From: Octopus sinensis
Taxonomy: Eukaryota
Reading direction: 5' to 3'
Assembly (NCBI RefSeq): GCF_006345805.1
Contig: NC_043000.1
Coordinates: forward strand, 162,998,001-163,062,000
DNA length: 64,000 nucleotides
Below the pieces are notes generated by a model that was not told the origin of the DNA, ran no database searches, and saw only the letters and a list, made by a program, of their open reading frames with translations. The translations under genes were made by a program, and so were the position numbers. Shown here in pieces: positions 1 through 12,119 of the stretch (position 1 is the first letter of the stretch; every line of letters begins with the position of its first letter).

Positions 1-800
1 AGAATCGTTGAGATTTTCGTGGATGCATAGTACAGATGGTTACGATATGTAATATCTACATCATTAGCTGAAATTAAATCCTTAAGTGCAAGGCAGATTT
101 TACCAATTATTTTCAGGTTTTGGTTAGAATTGCGAACTTTTGGGAGAGTATCGCGTTCATTCGTACTGGTTTCTTTAATTTTCAGCCATTCAATCATGAT
201 TTGATTTTTTTTTACATCATGTAGTACTGTTGGGTCAATTTCTATTTAATTTTCATCTGCTTTAGCGTTTATGATTGGTTCAGAGAGTATTTCACTCTGC
301 TTATTAGTTATATTAACTCTTTCAATCATTGCTGCATTTTCATCAGCCCTAGGCTGGTCTATAATTATTTCCTCTGTAGTATCTTCTTTAGCTGCAGCTT
401 CGTTCTTTTTATCCTTTACTGATTGTTTAATTTGGTCAATCTCTACTTCAATTAGTAATTTATTTTCATAATATTTCTTCTGACGTTGGCAAGTTTGTTA
501 CTGTTCATGTAGGGTCTTACTACAAGGTATTTCTGTCTCCAGTTTAAGTAGGTTTGTACAGTATTAGATTTATTTGTGGGGAAATATATGGCATGGTAGA
601 AGGCCGTAAGAACTTCTTATTATCTTCCCTAGACCATTTTTCATTACTTTTCTTTTGGTTGTTTGATGACGAGCATGGATGGCCATCTGTTGGAATATTC
701 CAGTTGTGGGGTACTTCCAGCTTCTGTGTGTCAGGAAGGTTTGAACCAGTAGCTGATTTTCGGACTCGAATCTGGTTCCTCATTCGAATACGTGGCCTTT
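1..800 (-). mobile_element. R4/Dong-like (RLE clade) non-LTR retrotransposon, N-terminal ORF region, degenerate, runs off window
   Basis: Minus-strand translation gives KWSREDNKK, YLNWRQK..RPYMNSNKLANVRRNIMK and ERDTLPKVRN..IIGKICLALKDL..ITYRNHLYYAS, matching the pre-RT region I recall for R4-clade ORFs; a related KWTREEY motif occurs at 47.3 kb next to an R4-type RT. Confidence 0.65.
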
Positions 801-849
801 TGTAATCTGGTCGATGACCATTCCGGTTTCTATTTTGCTTTGTTAAAGT

Positions 850-1192
850 GAGGCGTGACGAGCTTCGACGTTGACATTAGAGAACGGATCTGTCTGCTTA
901 GGGTTAATCTTTTGAGACAACACCGTCTTCAAGTTCTCTGTATGTAAATATTGCTCGTAACGTAGCTTCTTCAGGCTAACAGATCGATATCGAGTACGTG
1001 GACCTTTGTGATCCGGTCGACGACTAATCTGCTTTGTAATTTGATTTGTTATCATTGAGGCATGACGAGCTTCGACGTTGACATTAGGGGACGGATTTGT
1101 CTGTTTAGGGACAATTTTTTGAGACAACACTGTCACCGAGTTCTCTGCATGTAAACATTGCTCGTACCGTAGCTTCTTAAGACTATCAGATC
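850..1192. repeat. Two-copy 207-bp-period direct repeat upstream of the R4-like ORF
   Basis: gaggcgtgacgagcttcgacgttgacatt at 850 and gaggcatgacgagcttcgacgttgacatt at 1057; about 135 bp alignable. Confidence 0.85.
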
Positions 1193-1844
1193 TGTATTCG
1201 TCTGTATTTTTTTCATGGGTTTATCTCCGAACGTTCCTTTTTTTTTTTGTTTTTTGCGATGATTTAAACTTATGAATGGTTCGCTCTGTCTGTGTTAGTT
1301 CGAAAAATAAAAAAAGAAAAAAGAAAAAAGTTTTGTTTTTGATTTTTGCTTCGTTTGTGACACGTGTTTTCATATGCATGAATGTGTGTCCTGTAAATTT
1401 CCCGTAGTTGTGTAAACATTGAGATGTATGTGTAGTCCTATGGATATCAAAATGTATAAATGATTGCGTAGACATTCGAGTGAATGCGTAATTATTCAAT
1501 TTCTGCACTTCCAATTTTGTTCCATTTCTATTTTATAATTTGTAAACTTTCCGGTTTTGACTTTGTGTGTGTGTTTCGCACATGTTTCACTGAGACATCG
1601 TTCATAGGAGAAACTGTGCTTTGTATGGGAGCAAAATTTCGTTTATTATTATTATTATTATTATTTTCGTTAAAAGACTGCATCCTTCAAGTCTTCTATA
1701 GGTTCCTTTATCTAATTCCATCGATGTTATTGGATTAGATTTGTTTTTGAATGGGGAGCCTTGTGTAACACGTCCATGTTGTTATTCAGTATGGGGCTAT
1801 TCTTCCATATTATTGTTGTTGTTGTTGTTGTTATCATCGTTCGA

Positions 1845-2058
1845 TGGAAAACTAACAGATTCTTTGGCTCGCCGGTCAAAGTGCTTAGCGGCATTCCGTC
1901 CGTCTTTGCGTTCTGAATCCACATTCTGTCGCAGTCGACTCTGCATTTCATCCTTTTTGGGGTCGATAGAATAAGTACCAGTTGAACACTGGGGTTGATG
2001 TAATCGACTTACCCCTTCCTCTGAAATTGCTGGGCTTGTGCCAAAATTTGAAACCAAT
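1845..2058 (+). mobile_element. SINE family A (octopus tRNA-derived SINE), degenerate
   Basis: Shared body gttctga..gtcgact..ggggtcgat..aagtaccagt, ending cttgtgccaaaatttgaaacc. Confidence 0.8.
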
Positions 2059-2679
2059 ATTATTCCTATTGTTGTTGTTAATAACGTTCATAATATAATG
2101 GCCTAAACAGTTTAGAATAAAGTTACTTCTGACAAACATTGTATTCCACATCTAATTTGTTAGGCACAGCTTATTAGAGTCCTCTCCATTAAGCTTGTCT
2201 TTCGAGATAAAACAAATATCGTTTTTTACATTTTATCTCGTACTCGGGTTAAATGTAAAGACAGTATTTACATTTCATTTCCCTAGATCATTTGCCAAAG
2301 TGAAATATTCGAAATTAATGTTGTGATTTATTTGCTCTAACAATTTTCAACGTTTGTTCCTATTTTCTTCTGGAGCACTGAATTTACGGTTAATATTCAT
2401 TTCAAATTTTGGCACAAGGCCAGCAAGTTCGGGAAAGGGTGTAAGTCGATTACAAGCTTTTTGTTCGGCGTGTTAACGATCCTAAAACAATAGACATGTT
2501 TATTGCTTTATGTTCTTTTTTATTTCAGAGGTTTCTATTTAAACAAGGTTTCGCAGTATAAAGTTCCTTTAGCTCTTTAAAACAGGAAGTTAATTGAAAT
2601 GAAGAACATATCTTATTTTTACCTGATTTTTTTCAAGATACAACTGTAGTATATACATGTGTGTGTGTGTGAGAGAGAG

Positions 2680-3008
2680 AAGCGCAATGGTCCAGTGGTT
2701 AGGGTAGCAGACTCGCGGTCGTAGGATCGCGTTTTCGATTCCCAGACCGAGTGCTGTGGGTGTTTATTGAGCGAAAACTCCTAAAGCTCCACGAGGCTCC
2801 GGTAGCGGGTGGTGGCGAACCCTGCTGTACTCTTTCACCACAACTTTCTTTCACTCTTTCTTCCTGTTTCTATTGTACCTGTATTTCAAAGGGCCAGCCT
2901 TGTCATACTCTATGCCACGCTGATTCTCCCCGTTAATTCTACGAGCAGGTTGTTCCGTTGATCGGATCAACTGGAACCCTCGTCGTCGTCGTAACCGACG
3001 GAGTGTCA
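2680..3008 (+). mobile_element. SINE family C (tRNA-like head, tail type c1)
   Basis: Head gcgcaatggtccagtggttagg..gttttcgattccc; aligns along its length to the copy at 50977-51340. Confidence 0.85.
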
Positions 3009-3014
3009 CGATAC

Positions 3015-3048
<34 letters not shown>

Positions 3049-3060
3049 ATACATACATAC

Positions 3061-3320
3061 GTCGGTTACGACGACGAGGGTCCCAACTGGTACGATCACG
3101 TGAAATTAACGTGCAAGTGACTGGACACTCCACAGACACGTGTACCCTTAACGTAGCTTTCAGGGGGATTCAGCGTGGCACAGAGTGTGACAAGGCTGGC
3201 CCTTTGAAATACAGGTATTACTTATTTTTGCCATCTGAGTGGACTGGAGAAACGTGAAATAAAGTGTCTTGCTCAAGGACACAACACTTCGCTGGGATTT
3301 GAACTCACGACCTTACGAAG
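3061..3320 (-). mobile_element. Chimeric SINE: family B body joined to tail c1
   Basis: 3061-3217 is the reverse complement of the c1 tail; 3219-3320 matches the B body (gagtggactggag..aaataaagtgtcttgctcaaggacacaac). Confidence 0.75.
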
Positions 3321-3485
3321 GCACGTGGTTTAGTGGTTAGGGTGTATGTATATATATATATATAAAACATAATAAAATAGGGTAATAAAATAAATTATTA
3401 TTACCAGTGGCCTAGCACAAAGGACGAGTTAGTCGTTAGACTATATATTTTTCGTATAGAAATATATATATATATATATGAAATA

Positions 3486-3714
3486 AAAAAGAGTGAAAAA
3501 ACTACAGAAGGCTTGTGTTATAAGGTTAAAGAATATATTTAAGTCGTTATGTTAGAAAAATATTATAAAATCTTGTGTATAGTAACATAGTTTTGGGAGA
3601 AATAACCGGTTTCGTTCCTATACACAAAATTTTCTAACATTTTTCTAACATAACGACTTAAATATATTCTTTAACCTTATAACACAAGCCTTCTGTAGTT
3701 TTTTCACTCTTTTT
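3486..3714. repeat. Inverted repeat with ~76-bp perfect arms
   Basis: 3486-3561 is the reverse complement of 3639-3714. Confidence 0.95.
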
Positions 3715-3747
3715 AATTTTTTTAAACATCCAACCACTTTGGAAAGT

Positions 3748-4021
3748 AAGAAGAAAAAAAAACGAAAATGCACATTGAATATCAAAAAAATAATGGCTTT
3801 TTATGAAAAGTAGCGATAAATAAATACAATTAGATGAACTGAAGTAGATTTAAGAGGAATTGAATTCATTATTTTGAATCTCTTTAACAATTCAAAATAA
3901 TGAATTCAATTCCTCTTAAATCTACTTCAGTTCATCTAATTCTATTTATTTATCGCTACTTTTCATAAAAAGCCTTTATTTTTTTTTCGATTTCCAATGT
4001 GCATTTTCGCTTTTTTCTTCT
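3748..4021. repeat. Near-perfect palindrome, 85-bp core arms, 10-nt loop
   Basis: 3795-3879 vs 3890-3974 with one mismatch; imperfect extension to ~3748/4021. Confidence 0.95.
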
Positions 4022-4104
4022 TACTTTCCCCATATATTTTCCACGTGTAGTTTCTATTTTCTTTTTGAAACATATTTCTATTATTTATAAATATATATAT
4101 ATAC

Positions 4105-4172
<68 letters not shown>

Positions 4173-4298
4173 ATATATATGTGATTATTTGGGTTTATTT
4201 TTTTTATTACCAATACACATTGAATATTCAACATAACTAATCCTTGAAAGTCTGCACAAAATGTTTTAAAATGTAGCTGGAGATTTTAGAAAACTCAC

Positions 4299-4394
4299 CT
4301 TTTAGAGAAATCCAAAATGTACCGTTGAATATTTTAGCGTGTTTCACCTTCAGACATCGGTAACTTGAAGTATCTGATAACTGTTCTTTCGTTA
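4299..4394 (-). CDS. Candidate internal exon (phase 1-1, 96 nt), xTKEQLSDTSSYRCLKVKHAKIFNGTFWISLK; DxSxYxC resembles an Ig F-strand motif
   Basis: Acceptor tgtattttacag, donor AAG|gtgagt, open frame, symmetric phase; no partner exon securely identified. Confidence 0.45.
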
Positions 4395-4715
4395 CTGTAA
4401 AATACAATTCAAATGAAACAGACATGAGTTTCTCATACTTCCAAAATTTTCTTTAATTTATAATTATTAATTTCCTTCAGTGTTTCTTCATGCTTCGTAA
4501 TAAAAACTTGAATATTTTCAACACTAACATAGTATATAAGTGTGACTATACCAAAATAGCCAACATTGTTTAACTAAACATACCCTTTAAAAGGTCACTA
4601 GCTTATCTGTTGAAATAAAATGTTTAATTCGCCCTTTCACGCTGATAATCACACTGATCAAGGACCCAAATATTTCCGTAATTAAGTTGTCTTTGTAAAC
4701 TAACGTTCATTATTG

Positions 4716-4746
<31 letters not shown>

Positions 4747-4799
4747 ACACTTTTTTCTGTCTTATTTTCTTTATTCTGTGAAGATTTAGAATATCGATC

Positions 4800-4998
4800 G
4801 ATTTCTACACGAACCAGCAAAGAAGCCGCTACTCAATCGTTCGAGATATGCATTGAGAATTATCCAACTTCTCTCAAATCACATCATACTATTTTTAAAA
4901 CGGTCACATTGACTAATAATGTGTAAGATAATTGGGTTGATCGTGGCTGGAACATTTTTGATCATAGGTTTTCTAAAATCACAGTTAATCAGAGTAAA
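4800..4998 (+). mobile_element. Old SINE-like family E fragment (related pieces near 6180-6290, 27660-27815, 28075-28265, 28640-28820, 31775-31825, 59415-59490, 60300-60365)
   Basis: Recurrent motifs ctcaaatcacaccc.. and ggctggaa..tttgatcata. Confidence 0.55.
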
Positions 4999-5234
4999 CA
5001 ACTTATTATAAATGCATTCTGCATTCAAGTCATAAAGGACGTGGGTTTAATTTATCCGCCACCATATAAGAATTAATGTTTTAAATTCAACTGTAGTTTC
5101 CGTGGGCGAAATATGATGAGAAAATAATATTTTCTTGATTATTCTTTTGTTCATTTTCTTATTTCAATCATTGGACTACGACCATGCATAAGCCCTTGAA
5201 AAGTTTTGGTCACCTTTTAAGCTTGGTAGTTTAC

Positions 5235-5334
5235 CTTATCGATATCAAGTTACGGGACATAAGCAAAGAACAATATTTGTTAAGCATTATCAGCGTAAAG
5301 AGAGACACGGAAAAGTCCACATACAAACACATCC
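5235..5334 (-). CDS. Candidate exon encoding a hydrophobic signal-peptide-like stretch (MCLYVDFSVSLFTLIMLNKYCSLL...)
   Basis: Acceptor catttacttcag, donor AAG|gtaaac, only one open frame; ends in phase 2 so it does not join the 4394 exon directly unless the internal phase-1 donor C|gtaact is used. Confidence 0.25.
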
Positions 5335-6358
5335 CTGAAGTAAATGTGTGTGTTTGTGTGTTTGTGTGTACACGCGTGCATACACACAATGGGTAATTTC
5401 TGCTTACCAAATTTCACTCGCAAAACATTGGCCATCCCGATAATAAAGTAGAAGATAAAGTGAGGCCGAACTTGTTAATCATACAGCCACACCAGCGCAT
5501 CTTACTCAAGAATCCAAATAGATTGTTGTATTAAAATTTGAAACATGACTTATTTTTTAATAAGAGCCACCATGTACAAAATACAACTAGAGAACACTTG
5601 TATTTTGATTATAAATTAAGTGAAACAAAATCTTCGATTGAGCCTACCATGAATGGATATCTTTATGCATAAACACAAACTTTCCTATATATGCTTAAAG
5701 AACTAGGTATATTGTTACCTCTGTTGTGCTCTTGAACCATTATAGAAAAGACAAATGGAAAATAAATGTTTGTTGATGTTAGTATCAGTTGCCTCCACAT
5801 CAGTTTGTACGTCAAATTTTGATTTCTTTACTCAAATAAAACACATTCGGTATTTAAACGAAGAAAAAATATTTCAATTCTTCTTTCTACTGTATTGTTA
5901 AACAACGGAATTTTAAAAGTCTTTTAACTTCATGATCGAGCATTTTTATGATGGTAAAATATAACTTAGCACTTGACTTGTTAGAAATAGCAATCATCAT
6001 ACACTCGCCTAAATACACCTCTATTGGCATTGCTTTATGAAAAAAAAACTCTTGTTCTTTGCTGCTCAGTCTTAACAGAGGGACGAACCCTCTGGATATT
6101 GATTTGTAGTCGCAGACATTACAAAGTGACGCAGGACGGTCACGATTTGAATGCATTTTGTTGATTGAGCTGCTACATCAAGACTGTCCAGGGGCTAAAT
6201 AACAAGAGCAGGAATGTCTCTACGTGGCCACCTTGACTGCTAGAAATTGTAACCAAATATTGCTGAAATCACACCCCGGCCACTCTCTGGAAAGAGAGAA
6301 CACTTTGCTTAGTGTAAAAAAGTTCTGATAACAAAACAAAAAAGACAAAAAATAACGC

Positions 6359-6798
6359 GTATCTTTTCGGTTTGAACGGCAGTTTTTTCTAGCGGTGTCA
6401 TATGAAATTGTCACCCATAATTATGACCCTAGAATCGATCTATTGCATTTCAATCTCTTTTAGGGTTAAGGTTAATTAGGGTTAGGGTTAGGGTTAGGGG
6501 TGGGGGAATGGTATCTTTTTTTCTTCACAAATGTAAATAAACCCAATCTGTTTCTTAGACGAGGGACATATCCATACGGCACAGAATGCTTTTTAACTCA
6601 ATAGACGTCATTGATTGGTTGAAATTGCAGAAAGTGAAGAACAAAAAAACAACAAATATCTTACAAACTATAGAATTTTCTCTATGAAGTCAAGAGAAAA
6701 AGATGTTTTATAAACACATTCTACCAGTATACGAAATGTAAAATTTTTTAGTTACCTAGAAATTATGTTAAAAATTGTCGTTCAAAGCGAAAAGATCC
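6359..6798. mobile_element. Non-autonomous DNA transposon (Merlin-like MITE) with internal (TTAGGG)n
   Basis: 29-bp TIRs (25/29 identical; GG..CC-type ends), 8-bp TSD aataacgc at 6351-6358 and 6799-6806. Confidence 0.75.
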
Positions 6799-7287
6799 AA
6801 TAACGCAAAGCAATGACTACAGCTAGAATATGATTAATCAGGGTGGATCTAGGATTAAACTACAATTATGAGGCTTACCTCTCATATATACATCCATTTG
6901 CTATGCGGTGGTTTCTGCTAGCAGATAAAAAGCAAAAGCAACCTGAATTTGAATTCGAAATTTCTAGCTTCTTATTTTTTGGTTTCCTCCCAAATATCAC
7001 TTGCTTGTTTTCTGATCAATTATTTCTTTGAAAAAACATGTCGATGTTTATTTCGATTTTGCATATTTTCTTAGTTAAATGTATTTTCACACTGGTACAA
7101 ACCGCAGCATCAATCACAAATGTTTCTGCTACAAACATTTAGCGGCAGAGAAAGCTTTGTTTTAACAAACGCTTATATAACTGTCTATATACTTCTGAGA
7201 GACGCTACGCTTAGAAAATAGCATTCGCAAGTGATATGATCCGGCCTTCGAAAATTTTGTGGCGAAAATGTTATTCTGAGAAGTTTT

Positions 7288-7292
7288 TCTTG

Positions 7293-7368
<76 letters not shown>

Positions 7369-7389
7369 CTCTCCCCTTCTTTATCCATC

Positions 7390-7439
<50 letters not shown>

Positions 7440-7445
7440 CCTCTC

Positions 7446-7476
<31 letters not shown>

Positions 7477-7590
7477 TAGAAAAACAACACCTTTTATCAA
7501 TTCAATAACGAAAAATTGAATTATACTATTTAAAAAAATTACATATAGAAAGTTCAAATATAAGATAAAACATATAATAATGATTAAGTA

Positions 7591-7659
<69 letters not shown>

Positions 7660-7673
7660 CATATATATATATG

Positions 7674-7728
<55 letters not shown>

Positions 7729-7745
7729 ATATATATATATACACA
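7288..7745. repeat. Compound microsatellites (CT, CTAT, TAT, TA, GT)
   Basis: Directly visible. Confidence 0.95.
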
Positions 7746-7992
7746 TACGTTTATATATTTGTTGTGCAAGATTTTTTATGTGAAGTCGTATGTTGAAACA
7801 GATATTGTTATATTTCGGAATGGTCATTTTGCCAGTTTAGCCAATAAAAACACACGCACTATATATTTGGTGTTATTTTGCTTCAGCGTTATTTATTTTT
7901 TACATTAATCTTAATCTAATTTCGGCCAGAGTTCTTTCGTCACATTCCTGTGACCGCATCAGTGGTCCTTTGTTTTCTTCTTTCTTAGTTGT

Positions 7993-8055
<63 letters not shown>

Positions 8056-8061
8056 CATACA

Positions 8062-8092
<31 letters not shown>

Positions 8093-8274
8093 GTATATAT
8101 ACAATATTAGCAACAAAATATTCTCTGTCGCTGTAAACAATAGTGGGTTGATGTGTGTATGTGTGTGTGAAAGAGAGAGAGACACACACAGAGAGCATAT
8201 GCATGAGTATATGCGCGTGCGATATGGATGTGCTTGAATATGTATATATACGTACACACACACATACATATGTA

Positions 8275-8352
8275 CGAGGTCTGATCAATAGGTATCCGGA
8301 CTGTTGCCATAGTAACGAAGTTAAAGCACGCAGAGTGAAGCCGCTTGGCACG
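8275..8352 (+). mobile_element. Solo left end of the mariner family seen at 9077
   Basis: TA|cgaggtctgatcaataggtatccggactgttgccatagtaacgaag matches the 9077 terminus. Confidence 0.8.
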
Positions 8353-8389
8353 TTGGATTTCAATAGTGGTTACTCCTATTACAGCCAAT

Positions 8390-8430
<41 letters not shown>

Positions 8431-8432
<2 letters not shown>

Positions 8433-8658
8433 CTTTATTGCCCATAAGGGGCTAAACATATGGGGGACAAACAAGGACAGGCAAAGGGATTAAGTCGATT
8501 ACATCGACCTCAGTGCAAAACTGGTGCTTTATTTCTCGACCCCGAAAGGATGAAAGGCAAAGTCGATCTCGGCGGAATTTGAACTCAGAACGTAACGACA
8601 GACGAAATACCGCTACGCATTTCGCCCGGCGCGCTAACGTGTCTGCCAGCTCGCCGCC
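8431..8658 (-). mobile_element. SINE family A, full-length monomer
   Basis: Complete head ggcggcgagctggcag, B-box-like gttcaaattcc, tail cccttatgggcaataaagaa. Confidence 0.9.
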
Positions 8659-8659
8659 T

Positions 8660-8830
8660 CCTACACGCATTTTTTTTCTCTCCTTGTTTCTTTTCTGTGT
8701 ATCTTTCTGTCGAAGAGCGTAGGCTCGAAACGTAAAAGACTTGTTTTATTTCTATTCCTGAGCGCCATACTAATACAATTGTTTGTTTGTACTCCACCTG
8801 CCTTCGTCTTTTGTTTATTTTCGTAAACCT
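8660..8830 (+). repeat. Dispersed repeat, possibly a Penelope-like terminal repeat (inverted copy at ~25085-25275)
   Basis: gaagagcgtaggctcgaaacg..agacttg..ctaatac..ccacctg aligns to the reverse complement of 25085-25275; PLE assignment is inference. Confidence 0.5.
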
Positions 8831-8835
8831 TCCCG

Positions 8836-8871
<36 letters not shown>

Positions 8872-9076
8872 TACATGTATGCTTGTATACATGTAAGTTA
8901 CATACATCAATACGTCCATCCAACTATTCAGACAGACTGCCCTACAAGCGTACATACATACATATATACATACCAAAGCCAGAAAGGAGGAAACTAATTC
9001 GAATACTATAGATCCAATCCATCACTGGAACTGTAAAAACCTGTAAAACTTTCCAGAAGTTTATCATTTGAATATA

Positions 9077-9978
9077 CGAGGCCTGATCAATACATATCCG
9101 GACTGTTGCCATAGTAATGAGGCTAAAGCACGCAGAGTGAAACTGTTTGGCACAGATTAACCTTGAACACTGTTACACTGTTGTGCATGCGCACTAAGTT
9201 CTAACGTTCTAGCTCACTTCCGTTGTTTACAGCAGTGCTTGGAAAGAAGGTGTGTAGCGTGTGATCGTCGCACTGACCATGACAGAGTAAGATGTCATGG
9301 CAATACCTGCTTAGAGGCCTACGCAAAGTTGCAGAAAGTGAATGGAGAGCGGTGTATGAGCCGCACACAAGAGTACGGGTGGTTCAGAAGTTTCCAAGAT
9401 GGCCGAAAAATGTCGATAGTGGCGAATGTTCTGTAAGAGCAGCAACCATCAAAACTGAGAAAAACATAGCAAACATGCATGCAGCTGTGAGGGGAAATCG
9501 TCGAATCACCATCCATGAGTTATCAGAGGATGTGTAGATTAGTTACGGTTCAGTTCAGTCCCATTACCACTGAAGATTTGGGTATGAGATGCATGTCTGC
9601 TAAGTTTATGCCAAAACTACTTTGGGTTGACCAAAAAGACACTCGGGTTTCAGTTGCACAATATCTCCTTGATTGTGTCGAGAACGATGAAAACTTTTTG
9701 AAATCTTTGCGTAGGCCTCTGAGCAGGTATTGCCAAGCTTGTGGCAAAATTTGATGCGGATTCTCTGCTCAATTTTCACTTTCATGGTCAATGGGACAAT
9801 CACACACTACACGCCTTCCTTCCAAGCACTGCAGTAAACAGGGGAAGTGAGCTAGAACGTTAAAACTTGGTGGCACGCACAGCAGAGTCCAAATTCAATC
9901 TGTGTCAAGTAGCTTCACTCTGAGTGCTTTAACTTCGTTACTATGGCAACAGTACGGATACTTATTGATCAGACCATG
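9077..9978. mobile_element. Mariner derivative with two left ends (foldback) and transposase HTH remnant
   Basis: TA flanks; arms 9077-9328 and 9705-9978; + strand remnant GNTCLEAYAKLQKV..MSRTQ..WFRSFQDG..RRITIHELSEDV..EDLGMRCMSAKFMPKLL; - strand MKVKIEQRIRIKFCHKLGNTCSEAYAK. Confidence 0.9.
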
Positions 9979-10422
9979 TATATAATATATACTTATATAT
10001 TTATACATGAGTGCATATGTATAGACAGGTAGGCAAACAGACATGTAATTGTATTACTCATGCGCCATACACCTATTCGCTTTTGTTGCGTTTCCCACAA
10101 AAATATAACTGTAAAAGCAACAAAGAAAAGAAAAATAATATTAAAGAAAATTAGAAAAAGAAAACTTTTTTATTTGTATATAAAACTGATGAGAAATAAA
10201 GTCTATTTCTCAGCGCTTATTAAATGATTTCAGGCCAATAACTATGTCAAGGTAGGGCTTTTAGAGCCCACCATTCAACCACTTGATTATGCCTCGGTTT
10301 TATTATCTAGGCCATAGTAATAGTAGTATAAATAAGAACGAAAGAAAGCAGAACATGTCCACGGTTCAAGTTATAATAAACAAATGATAGAAAATAAACA
10401 AATCAGCACAATATATATTTCA

Positions 10423-10657
10423 CAGGCGTGACTGTGTGGTAAGAAGCTTGCTACTGGACCGTATGGATCCGGGCTCGGTCTTACTGGGTGACATCTTGGG
10501 CCAGCGTCTTCTACAAATAGCCTCTAGCCAACCAAAGCATTGTGAGTGGATTTGGTAGACAGAAACTGAAAGAAGCCCGTCATATCCATCTATCTATCTA
10601 TCTATCTATCAATCTGTCTATCAATCTATCTACACATGCACACACGCGGACACACTC

Positions 10658-10704
<47 letters not shown>

Positions 10705-10902
10705 TCCCACAATACCGCTTGACAACCGGTGTTGGTGTGTTTACGTCCCCGTAACTTAGCGATCTGGTAGGTCACACCGATAGAATAAGCACCAGGCCTA
10801 ACAAAAACAAATAAGTACTGGGGTTGATTCATTCGACTAAAAGCTCTTGAAGGCGGTGCCCCAGCATGGCCGCAATCTAATGACTAAAACAAATAAAAGA
10901 TA
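10423..10902 (+). mobile_element. SINE family D, full length with internal microsatellite
   Basis: Head ctgtgtggtaagaagcttgct, ..gaaactgaaagaagccc, microsatellite, 3' ggcggtgccccagcatggccgca..aaataaaaga; paralog at 29401-29862; inverted fragment at 11133-11215. Confidence 0.85.
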
Positions 10903-11550
10903 TCATATATCACTCTATCTGTGGAGAGTGGTGGATTGGCAGAGGTGGATTGGCAGAGGTGGATTGACAGAGGTGGTAGTGCGTCGCACGAAATCACTTT
11001 CCTCTTTTTCGTTACTCTGTTATGTCCCGATACGGGCAGTATTAATATCCAGCCCTGGTCGAAACAAACTTTGATTAATCCGAAGTCGATATAATGAAAC
11101 ACCAGTTAAGCACTAGTGTGAAAATGCAAATAGAGTTACGGGGACGTAAACAAACCAGCACCGGTTGTCAAGCGGTACCGGGGTACAAACACAGACGCAA
11201 AGACACACACACACACACACACACACTCTAATGTTGATATAAATAGACACTGTCTTTCCCGCAGAAATGTATGGCCTTGATGTCATAGATAATTCTTTCT
11301 ACTAATTCAACACACTTGAATGCAAGGAATAAGAGAATATGCACAGACGGGTTACAAACCGTGTGAGAGTTTATTAACGAAATCAAATGAAGAAGTGGAA
11401 GTACAGCAATTATACAAAAGTCGATAAAAGAATCTACGGATCCTATATAATCTTGTCAACGATAAGTGCTCTCACCCAGCTACTGTTCGACAGGCTCAAT
11501 AGTAACAATAGTAACAGTAGCAACAACAATAATAATAATGATTTCGATTT

Positions 11551-11950
11551 TTTGCCACAAGAGCACCTTGGTGCAAGTGATTAAGTCGATTGCATCGACC
11601 CCAGTGCGTAACTGGTACTTATTTAATCGAACCCGAAAGGATAAAGGCTAAGTCGACCTCGGTGGAATTTAAACTCAGAACATAGCGACGGGCGAAATAC
11701 CTATTTCTTTACTACCCACAAGGGGCTAAACACAGAGAGGACAAACAAGGATAGACAAACGGATTAAGTCGATTACATCGACCCCAGTGCGTAACTGGTA
11801 CTTAATTTATCGACCCCAAAAGGATGAAAGGCAAAGTCGACCTCGGCGGAATTTGAACTCAGAACGTAACGGCAGACGAAACACGGCTACGGGCGAAATA
11901 CCGCTAAGCATTTCGCCCGACGCGCTAACGACTCTGCCAGTTCGCCCGCC
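11551..11950 (-). mobile_element. SINE A nested in SINE A (dimer)
   Basis: Inner 5'-truncated copy at 11702-11888 is bracketed by 14-bp direct repeat acgggcgaaatacc (11688-11701, 11889-11902). Confidence 0.9.
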
Positions 11951-12119
11951 TTAGTAATAATAATAATAATAATCGACCAGAATAGTCAGGAAGGTACTAG
12001 ATAGTTGAAAAGAACGTAGCATGGTACTGTAGGCCGCAAGAAACAAGCACGCTGCGCATGCAAGGCTCCAGGGTGTTACAACGAAATTGAGATATAAATA
12101 AATAATAATAATGATAACA

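Noticed and set aside
2680-2760. tRNA-like heads (also 20702, 49405, 57218)
   Set aside because: A/B-box-like motifs continue into SINE bodies and tails with TSDs; no complete cloverleaf
5719-5830. Minus-strand signal-peptide-like frame MWRQLILTSTNIYFPFVFSIMVQ with a donor
   Set aside because: Weak acceptor and no independent support; could be chance
6476-6506. Telomere or chromosome-fusion scar
   Set aside because: Only four units, and internal to a TIR/TSD-bounded element
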